From contig JAUHTP010000006.1 in the NCBI GenBank assembly GCA_031332935.1, forward strand, positions 23,771 to 87,770: 64,000 nucleotides of DNA. The letters run 5' to 3'. Made by a program: the position numbers and the translations under genes. This DNA is from Candidatus Pantoea bathycoeliae. Lineage in GTDB: Bacteria > Pseudomonadota > Gammaproteobacteria > Enterobacterales > Enterobacteriaceae. This document shows positions 29,005-40,628 of this stretch, in pieces. Numbering within the stretch: position 1 is the stretch's first letter; each line of letters starts with the position of its first letter. The notes under the pieces were generated by a model that worked only from the letters and a program-made list of their open reading frames with translations, was not told where the DNA came from and did not search any database.

Positions 29005-29709
29005 ATGAGTACAACAATCATACCATGGGTGGGAGGAAAGCGGAGGCTGGCTAAACGTATTTTACCGTGCTTTCCTGCGCACAAATGCTACGTTGAACCA
29101 TTCTGTGGAGGAGCTGCGCTATTTTTCAGCAAGGAGCCATCCTCAGTCGAAGTGCTGAACGATATCAACGGGGATTTGATAAACCTTTATCGGGTGGTCA
29201 AACACCATTTGGAGGAATTTGTACGCCAGTTCAAGTGGGCCTTTAGCAGCAGGCAGTTGTTTGATTGGCTGAAAGAAACACCTCCGCAAACGCTGACCGA
29301 TATACAGCGAGCCGCCCGGTTTTACTATCTTCAGCAGCTCACATTTGGTGGCAAAGTGAGTGGGCAGAGCTTTGGTACTTCTGCAGTGCGATCACAGGCG
29401 TTGAACCTCCTAAGGATCGAAGAACAGCTATCACAGGCTCATCTGCGTTTATCTCAAGCAACCATAGAGCATCTTGGGTGGCAGGCTTGTATTGAAAAAT
29501 ACGATAGGCCACACACATTTTTCTACCTTGATCCACCTTACTGGAAGACTCAAGGCTATGGCGTGACGTTTGGCCTGGAGCAATACAGCATCATCGATAG
29601 CCTGGCTCATTCGATATCAGGAAAAATGATTATTTCAGTTAATGATATCCCAGAAATGAGGCAAATCTTCAAAAATCTTCATATCGACGTTGTTGACTTA
29701 AAATACTAA
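29005..29709 (+). CDS. orphan Dam-family (D12 class) N6-adenine DNA methyltransferase, C-terminally truncated by TAA
   Basis: Motifs IPWVGGKRRLA, EPFCGGAA and DPPY. After the TAA at 29707 the same frame continues LGSNCHSKRELIIRNFV to a TGA at 29761-29763, which resembles the usual family C-terminus. Confidence 0.85.
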   Translation: MSTTIIPWVGGKRRLAKRILPCFPAHKCYVEPFCGGAALFFSKEPSSVEVLNDINGDLINLYRVVKHHLEEFVRQFKWAFSSRQLFDWLKETPPQTLTDIQRAARFYYLQQLTFGGKVSGQSFGTSAVRSQALNLLRIEEQLSQAHLRLSQATIEHLGWQACIEKYDRPHTFFYLDPPYWKTQGYGVTFGLEQYSIIDSLAHSISGKMIISVNDIPEMRQIFKNLHIDVVDLKY

Positions 29710-29780
29710 TTGGGCAGCAACTGCCATAGTAAGCGTGAGTTGATCATCCGCAATTTCGTCTGATTTCCTTTTTGAAAACA

Positions 29781-29840
29781 ATTCTGGACTGTCCAAAATA
29801 GCCATTTTTTAGGGTTTATGGGAGTCCAGAATTGATTGCA
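29781..29840 (+). repeat. prophage right end with transposase-binding motif copies (attR-like)
   Basis: The terminal copy GAGTCCAGAAT (29823-29833) is inverted relative to the left end. A further ATTCTGGACTG copy at 29781-29791 is in the opposite orientation, recalling Mu R3. Confidence 0.6.
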
Positions 29841-30779
29841 TCGCTACACGTAGCTAGGCGCTAAAGATGACGGTGGGGCTGTACCGTGACCTGGCGGTTT
29901 GCGTTGCAGAGGGCAGCGCGGAAACTTGGCACGATCCTGAGCTGTATTGTCTGGAGGCCTCGGTCGGTGCGCCCCCGGACAGGCCCGGCCCGCTGGGGCA
30001 AAACTGGGGGCTACCGCCGATGGACCCGCACGTGATGCGCGCGCGGCTACCAGCCTTTTATCGACATGCTGCGCGCCGCGACCACGTTATGGCGCTGCTG
30101 CGATTGTGGTGGGTGCCGAAAGGGGAGACCGCTGACAAAGGGGCTTACGTCAGCTATCCGGTGCATGATCTGCTGGGGATTCTGGCGCTGGAGAGCCAGC
30201 GCCACCGCTGTATGGTCATCGGCGAGGATCTCGGAACCGTGCCGCCAGAGATTGTCGGGCTGCTGCGCGCCAGCGGCGTTTTTTCCAGGAAAGTGATGTG
30301 GTTTGAGCAGCAGCGCGACGGCAGCTATCGTCAGCAAGGCGACTACCCGCGCCAGTAAATTGCGAGCGCCAGCACGCACGATCTGCCGACGCTTAGCGGT
30401 TTCTGGAACGCCGATGATTTCGCGCTGGGGGAGAAGCTCAAACTTTATCTTGGCAAAGAGGTGTTGCAGTCGCTGCATGAGCAGCGTGCGAAGCAGAAGC
30501 AGGCGCTGCTGGATGCGCTGCATCAGGCAGGTGCGATGCCTGCGCGTAGCGCGCGGCAGGCCGATAAGCTGGAAATGACGCCTGCGCTTAATCTGGCGAT
30601 GCATAAGTTTCTTGCAGCAACCGGCAGTTGGTATGACAACGCCGGTCAACGTGCCCGGCACCGTCGATCAATATCCTAACTGGCGGCGCAAACTGGCGCA
30701 GCCGCTAGAGACGATCTTTGCGGATAAAGCGGTGGTAAAACTGCTGAAAGCGGTCAGTCAGACGCGGAAAGGCGAGTAG
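29841..30779 (+). pseudogene. malQ: 4-alpha-glucanotransferase (amylomaltase), 5'-truncated at the prophage end and frameshifted
   Basis: The sequence starts at about residue 380 of E. coli MalQ (MTVGLYRDLAV.VAEG.AETW...GPLGQNWGLPPMDP). It has an internal scrambled segment, at least two frameshifts (about 30355 and about 30660), and the C-terminus ...YPNWRRKLAQPLETIFAD in a third frame. Confidence 0.85.
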
Positions 30780-30785
30780 CAGGCG

Positions 30786-30814
30786 GCGCGCGACAGCCAC
30801 TGGCTGTCGCGCGC
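30786..30814. terminator. 13-bp GC-rich hairpin between convergent malQ and nfuA
   Basis: GCGCGCGACAGCC-ACT-GGCTGTCGCGCGC. There is no clear U-tract on either strand. Confidence 0.45.
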
Positions 30815-30822
30815 GGAGAAGA

Positions 30823-31398
30823 TTAGTAGTAGGAGTGCTCGCCACGCTGGTGCTCGGTGAGATCGCGCACGCCTTTCAGGTCCGGGAAAGCGGCCAGCAG
30901 TTCTTTTTCAATGCCGTCTTTCAGCGTAACGTCGATCATGGAGCAGCCGTTACAGCCGCCGCCGAACTGCAGGATAGCGAAGCCGTCGTCGGTGATTTCC
31001 ATCAGCGACACGCGGCCGCCGTGACCAGCCAGCTGCGGGTTGATCTGCGCCTGCAACAGGTACTCAACGCGCTCGGTCAGCGGCGCATCGTCAGAGACCT
31101 TACGCATTTTGGCGTTCGGCGCTTTCAGCGTCAGCTGTGAGCCAAGGTTGTCGGTAACGAAGTCAATCTCGGCGTCTTCAAGGTAAGGCGCGCTCAGCTC
31201 GTCAACGTATGCCGACAGCTTCCCGAACTTCAGCTCGGTATCGGTCGCTTCTACCGCGTCAGGCAGGCAGTAAGAGACGCCGCACTCGGCGGTTGGCGTA
31301 CCCGGGTTAATAACGAATACGCGAATCTGGGTGCCATCTTCCTGTTTTGACAGCAGTTTAGAGAAGTGCTCCCGGGCAGAGTCTGTAATTCGGATCAT
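30823..31398 (-). CDS. nfuA: Fe-S cluster carrier protein NfuA
   Basis: 191 aa, nearly collinear with E. coli NfuA (MIRI.DSA..HF.KLL...[44 protein letters not shown]). Confidence 0.96.
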   Translation of the reverse strand: MIRITDSAREHFSKLLSKQEDGTQIRVFVINPGTPTAECGVSYCLPDAVEATDTELKFGKLSAYVDELSAPYLEDAEIDFVTDNLGSQLTLKAPNAKMRKVSDDAPLTERVEYLLQAQINPQLAGHGGRVSLMEITDDGFAILQFGGGCNGCSMIDVTLKDGIEKELLAAFPDLKGVRDLTEHQRGEHSYY

Positions 31399-31456
31399 GG
31401 CGATTGCTCATTAGTTGACTAATTTAGTTGGTTATAATACGCCCATCACCGACGCT

Positions 31457-32133
31457 CTACAAGGTACGGCATAGGCACCAGATTTGTACGCTGGCTGCGC
31501 CCTGCGCCAGCAAAATGCGGCTGATTTCCCCGACGGTGTTACCCGTTGTCACCACATCATCAATCAAGGCGATATGGCGTCTGAGCACGGCCTTTTCAAG
31601 GAGGAAAGCACCGCGTACGTTGCGGCGGCGCTGCGAGGCGCTGAGCTGATGCTGTAGTGCACCGCGCCGCCTGCGGTACACGCCGTCGCGGAACTCACAG
31701 CCGAGCCAGTGCGCTAGCGGCTGGGCCAGTAGCGCGGCCTGATTGTAGCCGCGCTGGCAGGCGCGAACCTTATGCAGCGGCACGCACAGCAGTAAATCTG
31801 GCCGCACCAGCCCACGCGTGCGATGAGCGTCCAGCCAGCTTAGCAAAAGCAGACGCGCCAGCATCACCCTGAGTGCGGTTATGCGGTAAAACTTCAGCTC
31901 ATGCACCCAGCGGCGTAGCGGCGGCTGATAGCCGCTGACGCATACCAGAGCCTGCCAGCTCGGGGGTGTATGCAGGCAGCGGCCACATGCCGTGTGCGAG
32001 GAACCCGCGGGCAGGCCGCAGCGCGGACAGAGAACGGGCAGCGGCAGCAGCGCACGCAGACGCTGCACAACCCATGTGCTGCCACGTTCAAAGGCAGTCG
32101 GCATAGCCAACAGAGGCCAGGCATTGATAGCAT
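31457..32133 (-). pseudogene. gntX: ComF-family phosphoribosyltransferase-like protein GntX, frameshifted
   Basis: The N-terminus MLSMPGLCWLCRLPL...GLCSVCVR (start 32133) is in one frame. The remainder LCPRCGLPAG...VTTGNTVGEI...VQIWCLCRTL is in another, with the shift at about 32045. Confidence 0.75.
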
Positions 32134-32169
32134 AGCGGCCACCTTTTATGTTTTACGGGATAGTAACTG

Positions 32170-32946
32170 ATGGCATCCCTTTACTGGCACACCTGCGGAG
32201 AAGGGAATAGTGATCTTGTGCTGCTGCACGGATGGGGACTGAACGCGGAAGTGTGGCAAAGCATTGTGCCGCGACTCAGCCCGCATTTTCGCATGCACTT
32301 GGTCGATCTGCCCGGCTATGGCCGCAGCCAGCATGATGGTGCGCTTTCGCTGCCGGAAATGGCGCAGCTGCTGCTACCACATCTGCCACCGCGTGCACTG
32401 CTGCTGGGCTGGTCGCTCGGCGGGTTAGTAGCGACTGAACTGGCGCTGCGCGTGCAGCAGCAGGTGGCTGGATTAATCAGCGTCGCCTCATCGCCCTGTT
32501 TTACCGCCACTGATGGCTGGCCCGGCATTAAGCCGGAGACGTTAGAAACCTTCCGTTCGCAGCTTAACAGCGACTTCCAGCGCACCGTTGAACGCTTTCT
32601 CGCACTGCAAACGCTGGGCACTGACAGCGCGCGGCAGGATGCGCGCCGCTTAAAAGAGGTGGTGCTGGCGCAGCCCATGCCGCCGGTTGAGGTGCTGGAT
32701 GGCGGGCTGGCAATCCTGCGCGAGGTCGATCTGCGCGATCGGTTGCCACACATTACGCAGCCGTTTTTACGCCTCTATGGCGCGCTGGATGGGCTGGTGC
32801 CGCGCCGTATCGCTGCGCAGCTTGATAAGATGCTGCCCGCTTCGCCTTCTGTCGTCATGGAGAAAGCTGCGCATGCGCCGTTTATTTCGCATCCCGATGC
32901 CTTCTGCCAGCATATTCTTGATTTCAGTCAGGAGTTTTGCGCTTAA
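32170..32946 (+). CDS. bioH: pimeloyl-[ACP] methyl ester esterase BioH
   Basis: 258 aa with [10 protein letters not shown], the GWSLGG nucleophile elbow and [10 protein letters not shown], collinear with E. coli BioH. Confidence 0.94.
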   Translation: MASLYWHTCGEGNSDLVLLHGWGLNAEVWQSIVPRLSPHFRMHLVDLPGYGRSQHDGALSLPEMAQLLLPHLPPRALLLGWSLGGLVATELALRVQQQVAGLISVASSPCFTATDGWPGIKPETLETFRSQLNSDFQRTVERFLALQTLGTDSARQDARRLKEVVLAQPMPPVEVLDGGLAILREVDLRDRLPHITQPFLRLYGALDGLVPRRIAAQLDKMLPASPSVVMEKAAHAPFISHPDAFCQHILDFSQEFCA

Positions 32947-33114
32947 ACCTGACGCAAGGCTGGCAATTTTCTCATCAGCGACAATACTTTTCAGGTAATC
33001 ATGGCCGCTTAAGGATTTGAATTGTCCAGGGAGAGGATAATGCCATTCCATCTCGCCTGACGCGTTCAGCGTCTGCTTACATCTCACATAACGGAAATGA
33101 ATAGGGGTACTGTA

Positions 33115-33384
33115 ATGAAGGTGATGAAATGGGTTGTGGCTTCAATGGTGATGGGCGCGGTGTCTTTCTCAGCGTTCGCGGCCAAGGAAGTAACCAAAGA
33201 AGAAGTACAAAAAATGAATATTGAAAAGATCGGTTCGGTGAATACCACGGCGGAAACCACTTCGCCGATAGATGCCAAACGCGAGCTTTCCAGACTGGCT
33301 GATGAAAAAGGAGGCGAATACTTCCCGGTAATTGCTGGCCGTGAGCACGGTAAATTCAGCGCCACTGCGGATGTTTATAAGTAA
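33115..33384 (+). CDS. YdgH/BhsA/McbA-like DUF1471 periplasmic protein
   Basis: Signal peptide (MKVMKWVVASMVMGAVSFSAFA) followed by a DUF1471-like C-terminus (...LSRLADEKGGEYFPVIAGREHGKFSATADVYK). An alternative start is at 33097. Confidence 0.7.
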   Translation: MKVMKWVVASMVMGAVSFSAFAAKEVTKEEVQKMNIEKIGSVNTTAETTSPIDAKRELSRLADEKGGEYFPVIAGREHGKFSATADVYK

Positions 33385-33385
33385 T

Positions 33386-34162
33386 CAGCTGCGTAGCCAG
33401 ACAAACTGCCAGGCATCCAGCGACAGCGGCTGGGTGCCATCAACTTTCTCTCCTGTAATCACATCCTGAAAAAGCCGTGCCTCCGGCAGTTTTGCGCTGA
33501 CGGTTTTCCACTCAGATTAAATACGCACAGCAGACCCTTATCCTCATGCTGCGGCGCATAGCGCTTTAATACCAGCAGCGCATTATCGCTGTCGAACAGC
33601 TCCATAGCGTTGTCGGGATGAAAGGCGGGCTGGCGCGTGCGCAGCTGAATCAGCTGGCTGAGTCGGGTATAGATCGCATGGCGCAGCCCATTACTCTCCA
33701 CCAGCGCCTCCTCAATCATCTGTAAATCAAATTTCTGCCGGTTGATGGCGCGGTTGTGGCCCACGGCTTTTACGCCGTCATAGTCGTTACGTGAACCGAG
33801 AATGCTGTGGATGTAGATTGCGGGCACGCCAAGAAACGCCAGCAAAATGGCGTGCGCCAGCAGGAAGCGGCGCAGGCGCGTGTCGTCGCTATCCTCCTGA
33901 CGATTCAGCGCATCGAGATAGGTGACGTTGATTTCACAGGGGCTGGTGGTGCCGTCTGGATTGTTTTTGTAGGAGACCAGTGCGCCTTCTAGGGCGAGAT
34001 CGCGCACCAGCGCCACGATCTCTACTTTAGAGAGAATGCCGCGCGCCGGGTTAAGCCCGATGCCGTCGTGCGAGGCGAGAAAGTTAAAGAATGTTGTGCC
34101 GCCGTTGCCTGGCTCAAGCGCGCCAGCCCACTGGCGCAGCGCGCGTCCTGAGCCGGAATGGA
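33386..34162 (-). pseudogene. remnant (C-terminal ~250 aa) of a GH13 sucrose/glucosylglycerate phosphorylase-like gene
   Basis: [15 protein letters not shown]..., [17 protein letters not shown] and NRAINRQKF are typical of GH13_18 phosphorylases. The 5' part is deleted and the remainder is fused in frame to tex. A further frameshift at about 33475 precedes the native C-terminus ...LDAWQFVWLRS. Confidence 0.7.
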
Positions 34163-35142
34163 TGGCGCGCATACCCGCTGGAGCAGCCATCAGCAGATCG
34201 TGCAGGTTGCGGGCGAAAACGTTGATCGCTTCATCTTCGGCGCGCTCGCGCACCGTGCCCATTAGCTCGGTTTCCAGGTGCAGCATCACCTTGATGGCCA
34301 GGTCGAGCTCACCACCGCCTTGCGCCAGCTGTCGGCCGGCGTGCCGTTCAGGCGCAGATTAAGGTGTTCGGCGATCAGCGTTTCGCCATAGCTCTCACGC
34401 GGCGGCTCGTCGAACTGCGGATCGGCGTTGAGCGACAGCTGTAGCACGCCCTCGTTGCGGCCGCGCAGCATGGCCAGCGCGTGGTGTGACGGTACGCCGC
34501 TCAGCGCTTCGTGATGGTCGAAGTAGTCGCGGAATTTCGCCCCTTCCTGCTCTTTACCTTCTACCACGCGCGACACCAGATGCGCGTTTTCCACAGATAG
34601 TCGCGCACTTTCGCCAGCAGCGCGGCATCTTCAGCAAAGCGCTCCATCAGGATATAGCGCGCGCCATCCAGCGCGGCACGCACGTCGGCAACTCCTTTGT
34701 CGGCATCCACATACTGTGCGGCCAGCTGCTCGGGATCCTGCGACGCATCCTGCCACAGCGTATCGGCCAGCGGCTCGAGACCCGCTTCAATCGCGATCTG
34801 GCCACGGGTGCGGCGTTTGGGTTTATAAGGCAGGTAGAGGTCTTCGAGTTCGGTTTTGCTGAGGGTAGTGTTGATGGCGCTGGCGAGTTCGCCAGTGAGT
34901 TTGCCCTGTTCGTCAATGGACTTCAGAATCGACTGGCGGCGCTCCTCGAGCTCGCGCAGGTAGCCTAGGCGCGTCTCCAGCTGGCGCAGCTGAGTGTCGT
35001 CCAGGCCGCCGGTTACCTCTTTACGATAGCGTGCGATAAACGGCACGGTGTTCCCTTTGTCCAGCAGACGCACGGCAGCTTCAACTTGCTCCGCACGCGC
35101 CTGCAGCTCACTGGCAATAATGTGGCTGAGATCTTTCATCAT
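34163..35142 (-). pseudogene. tex: transcription accessory protein Tex (YhgF): only the N-terminal ~330 codons remain, with two frameshifts
   Basis: [48 protein letters not shown]... (35142 downwards) shifts frame at about 34590 and about 34290. It ends at ...[15 protein letters not shown], where the GH13 sequence begins. Confidence 0.85.
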
Positions 35143-35242
35143 CGATTCTGTCTTGCTTACAGGGTTAAAAAACAGGGGACAGTTATACGGACTGAAAAGT
35201 GAAATTGCCAGCGATGGGGACGGCTTTCAGCGATATTCTGAA

Positions 35243-35719
35243 TCAGGCGTCCGAGTAGGTAATTTCATTGACGTACCAGAGTGCCGGACCCGCTGGCGTC
35301 TCGACGGTGGCCGCGTCGCCCACCTCTTTTTTCAGCAGCGCACGCGCCATTGGCGAGTCGATAGAGATGTAATCTTTGCGGCCAAAAATCTCGTCGTAGC
35401 CGACAATGCGGAAGCGTTTTATCTCACTGTCATCATTCTCGACTTCAACCCAGGCACCGAAAAACACTTTGCCATCCTGCTGTGGCGAATAGTCAACGAT
35501 GCGCAGCGACTCCAGGCTTTTTGTCAGATAACGTACGCGGCGATCGATTTCGCGCAGGCGTTTTTTGTTGTACTGGTAGTCAGCGTTCTCGCTGCGATCC
35601 CCGAGGCTGGCAGCCCAAGTCACTTTTTTAGTGACTTCGGGACGCTCTTCGCGCCAGAGATAGTCGAGCTCAGCTTTCAGCTTATTAAAGCCTTCGCGGG
35701 TGATAAGTCGGGTTTTCAT
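35243..35719 (-). CDS. greB: transcript cleavage factor GreB
   Basis: 158 aa from MKTRLITREGF..., almost identical in length and sequence to E. coli GreB and divergent from ompR. Confidence 0.96.
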   Translation of the reverse strand: MKTRLITREGFNKLKAELDYLWREERPEVTKKVTWAASLGDRSENADYQYNKKRLREIDRRVRYLTKSLESLRIVDYSPQQDGKVFFGAWVEVENDDSEIKRFRIVGYDEIFGRKDYISIDSPMARALLKKEVGDAATVETPAGPALWYVNEITYSDA

Positions 35720-35874
35720 GCGTGTCGACTCGGAAGGGTAAAAGCAGGCAGTGTAAAGCAAATCAAGCGCGGCAAAAAAGATTCGGGGAACAGGTTTTCA
35801 ACGGTGAAAACCTGGTGTTGACTTCCCAGGTGGCGAAACGGGCAGGTATAAAGAAGATAAAGCAGAAGAAATCG

Positions 35875-36110
35875 TTATTTTCCCGCCACGGTAGAGGTGG
35901 TGGTAGAAGATGAAGTGCCTTTGTCGCCGCCGCCTGCGGTCGCGAGGGCGACACCGAGCAGCGCGCTACTGCGCCAACGCCAATGGCGTTAGAATTGCCC
36001 TGCACGGTGGTCGAAGCCTGCGCGCCAGCGGCTTCGCCAGTTGCGCTCGCCCCCTAGGTTGGGTTCAGACTGAGGGCGGCCAGCGCACCCAGCACTAACA
36101 ACGTTTTATT
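35875..36110 (-). pseudogene. possible degraded small secreted/lipoprotein gene (glycine-zipper-like)
   Basis: The minus strand reads NKTLLVLGALAALSLNPT, TAG, GASATGEAAG...GNSNAIGVGAVA, then in a shifted frame LLGVALATAGGGDKGTSSSTTTSTVAGK and a stop. No intact start was found. A hairpin at 35791-35814 lies downstream. Confidence 0.3.
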
Positions 36111-36625
36111 GCTATCCCTGTAGTGAAGAGTGTGCAAGCAGTGTGGTTCAATTCACAAAGGGCGGAAAGATAGCTTTACTGATTGATTTAGCGTACTTTG
36201 TTTTTAAATGGCCTGAACGATGATAGAAATGGCGCTAATCTGAGAGAAGCCTGCGGCAAGGTTCGCGGTGGCCGGAATTTTATGCTGCCGTCCGACTGGG
36301 CTTCTCCCTGCCGGTACACGCATGGACGGCAATAGATGGCGCTTAAGCCAAATTGCAGGTTAACTGTTTGATTAATGGCTGGCCGGATTTTACTGCCGAC
36401 GATTGCAAGAAAAACGCGCTGACTTTGAGATTTGCCGTAATTGCCTTAAGCAAAGCTAACAGGGTGATTTTTCAGTTAACGCAGCGATAAAATTAAAGAT
36501 AAACTCCTGTTTAATATGCTTTGTAACAATTTCGGCTAGAATATAAACCATTAATGCCTGTCACAGGCAGGCAACTTTTTTTTTAACAATATCGGTTCGG
36601 GCAATCGCGCCTTTGGGAGTAGAAA

Positions 36626-38694
<2,069 letters not shown>

Positions 38695-38728
38695 GGAATA
38701 GGGCGCGGCGGTTGCCGCGCCCAGAGGA

Positions 38729-40348
38729 TTACAGAACCGGACCTGCTTGCACCAGCGCGGCACCTGCCGCGTTATCGGTGTACTTCTCGAAATTGGTAAT
38801 AAAGCGATGCGCCAGATCGCGTGCGGCTTCCTGCCATTTCTCTTCACTTTCCCAGCTGCGACGCGGATCGAGCGTAGAGGCATCTAGCTGGCCCAGCGCT
38901 TTTGGCACCTGCAGGTTAAACACCGGCAGCGTCTCGGTTTCAGCATTGTCCAGCTCGCCAGCCAGGATCGCGTTGATAATCGCACGCGTATCCTTCAGCG
39001 AAATACGTTTGCCGCTGCCGTTCCAGCCGGTATTGACCAGATACGCCTGCGCGCCGGCTGCCTGCATCCGCTTCACCAGCACTTCCGCGTACTGCGTCGG
39101 GTGCAGCGTAAGGAATGCCGCGCCGAAACAGGCAGAGAAGGTTGGCGTTGGCGCGGTTACGCCGCGCTCAGTGCCCGCCAGCTTGGCAGTAAAGCCAGAG
39201 AGGAAGTGATACTGCGTCTGTTCCGGCGTCAGGCGCAACACCGGCGGCAGCACGCCGAAAGCATCAGCGGTCAGGAAGATCACTTTCTTCGCATGGCCCG
39301 CTTTCGACACCGGACGCACGATGTTGTCGATGTGATCGATCGGGTAGGAAACGCGGGTGTTCTCGGTTTTGCTGTCGTCATCGTAATCAACGCTGCCATC
39401 TTCACGCACCACCACGTTCTCCAGCAGCGCATTGCGGCGGATCGCGCGATAGATCTCTGGTTCAGCCTGCTCAGAGAGCTTGATGGTCTTGGCGTAGCAG
39501 CCGCCTTCGAAGTTGAACACGCCGTCGTCATCCCAGCCGTGCTCGTCGTCGCCAATCAGCTGGCGTTCCGGATCGGTGGAAAGGGTGGTTTTGCCGGTGC
39601 CGGAGAGGCCAAAGAACACCGCCACGTCGCCCGCTTTGCCAACGTTGGCCGAGCAGTGCATGGAGGCGATGCCGCGCAGCGGCAGCAGGTAGTTCATCAC
39701 CGCAAACAGGCCCTTCTTCATTTCGCCGCCGTACCAGGTGCCGCCGATCAGCTGCATCTCTTCGGTCAGGTTAAATGCCACGAAGTTTTCTGAGTGAAGA
39801 CCCTGCGCCTGCCAGTTGGGGTTGGTGCATTTCGTGCCGTTCAGCACCACAAAGTCGGGCTTAAATTCCGCCAGTTCGCTCTCGCTTGGCTGAATAAACA
39901 TGTTTTTGACGAAGTGCGCCTGCCAGGCCACTTCGGTGACGAAACGCACGCTGAGGCGCGAGTCGGCGTTGGCACCGCAAAAGGCATCAATCACAAACAG
40001 GCGTTTGCCTGAGAGTTGTTCGGTTACGCAGCTTTTCAGCTGTTGCCAGGTTTCTGGCGACAGTGGCTGGTTGTCGTTTTTACCGGTTCCGCGATCGTTC
40101 CACCACAGCGTGTCGCGCGTGGTCTCATCGCGAACGATATATTTATCCTTGGGCGATCGGCCGGTAAAGATGCCGGTATCGACCGCGACTGCGCCGCTTT
40201 GCGTCAGGGTGCCGCGCGCATAACCTTCCAGCTCGGGGCGGAGTTCTTCGGTAAACAGCGTATCGAAATCGGGGTTGTGGACCACTTCTGTGGTGCCCTT
40301 GATGCCCAAAGCGGCAAGATCTTGCGAGGTCAGGCCGGTAACGCGCAT
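38729..40348 (-). CDS. pckA: phosphoenolpyruvate carboxykinase (ATP)
   Basis: 539 aa from [11 protein letters not shown]... (TAAGGAG upstream). It has [11 protein letters not shown] and DDEHGW motifs and matches E. coli PckA over its full length. Confidence 0.97.
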   Translation of the reverse strand: MRVTGLTSQDLAALGIKGTTEVVHNPDFDTLFTEELRPELEGYARGTLTQSGAVAVDTGIFTGRSPKDKYIVRDETTRDTLWWNDRGTGKNDNQPLSPETWQQLKSCVTEQLSGKRLFVIDAFCGANADSRLSVRFVTEVAWQAHFVKNMFIQPSESELAEFKPDFVVLNGTKCTNPNWQAQGLHSENFVAFNLTEEMQLIGGTWYGGEMKKGLFAVMNYLLPLRGIASMHCSANVGKAGDVAVFFGLSGTGKTTLSTDPERQLIGDDEHGWDDDGVFNFEGGCYAKTIKLSEQAEPEIYRAIRRNALLENVVVREDGSVDYDDDSKTENTRVSYPIDHIDNIVRPVSKAGHAKKVIFLTADAFGVLPPVLRLTPEQTQYHFLSGFTAKLAGTERGVTAPTPTFSACFGAAFLTLHPTQYAEVLVKRMQAAGAQAYLVNTGWNGSGKRISLKDTRAIINAILAGELDNAETETLPVFNLQVPKALGQLDASTLDPRRSWESEEKWQEAARDLAHRFITNFEKYTDNAAGAALVQAGPVL

Positions 40349-40628
40349 GTGACTGCTCCTTAAATCGTTTTGGTACTGCACAGGCGAATAGTTATAGGTG
40401 TCGCACAAAAAACGCCGCACTCTGCCGGGCCGATGCACGATCGCGCGCAGTGTACTCTTTTCAGCCTGTGGGAAAAGCGTTGTCCCTCAGAAATGCGAAC
40501 CAGGGCGCGTTAAGTAGCAAAAAGCATCGCTTTTGAAAGTAAAGTTAGCGAGAAGGGGGTATTTTACTTTGGAAATTAAGGGGATATAGCAGAAGGGGAA
40601 AAGGGCGGCAAAGCCGCCCAGATATACA

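Larger units (their letters stand above)
4810..29840 (+). mobile_element. defective Mu-like transposable prophage (Mu-family gene order)
   Basis: Terminal inverted repeats TGCAATCATTTCTGGACTC (4810-4828) and the reverse complement of 29822-29840 (TGCAATCAATTCTGGACTC) match 18/19. The gene set is divergent repressor, Ner, DDE transposase, MuB AAA+ ATPase, DUF3164, then Mu-like G, I, T, gp36, gp37, sheath, tube, tape measure, N, P and gp45-48. The ends could shift by up to about 8 bp (alternative TGT...ACA at 4802/29848). Confidence 0.88.

Noticed and set aside
33459-34289. A 276-aa ORF that might be annotated as an intact glycoside hydrolase.
   Set aside because: Its first about 42 residues are Tex sequence. 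It lacks the N-terminal catalytic half of GH13 phosphorylases, and its native C-terminus is out of frame. It is a deletion-generated chimera.
35048-35821. A 257-aa plus-strand ORF spanning the tex 5' end and greB.
   Set aside because: It is antisense to the strongly supported greB and tex sequences and shows no family resemblance. The same reasoning applies to 39101-39793 (antisense to pckA) and 42889-43539 (antisense to igaA).
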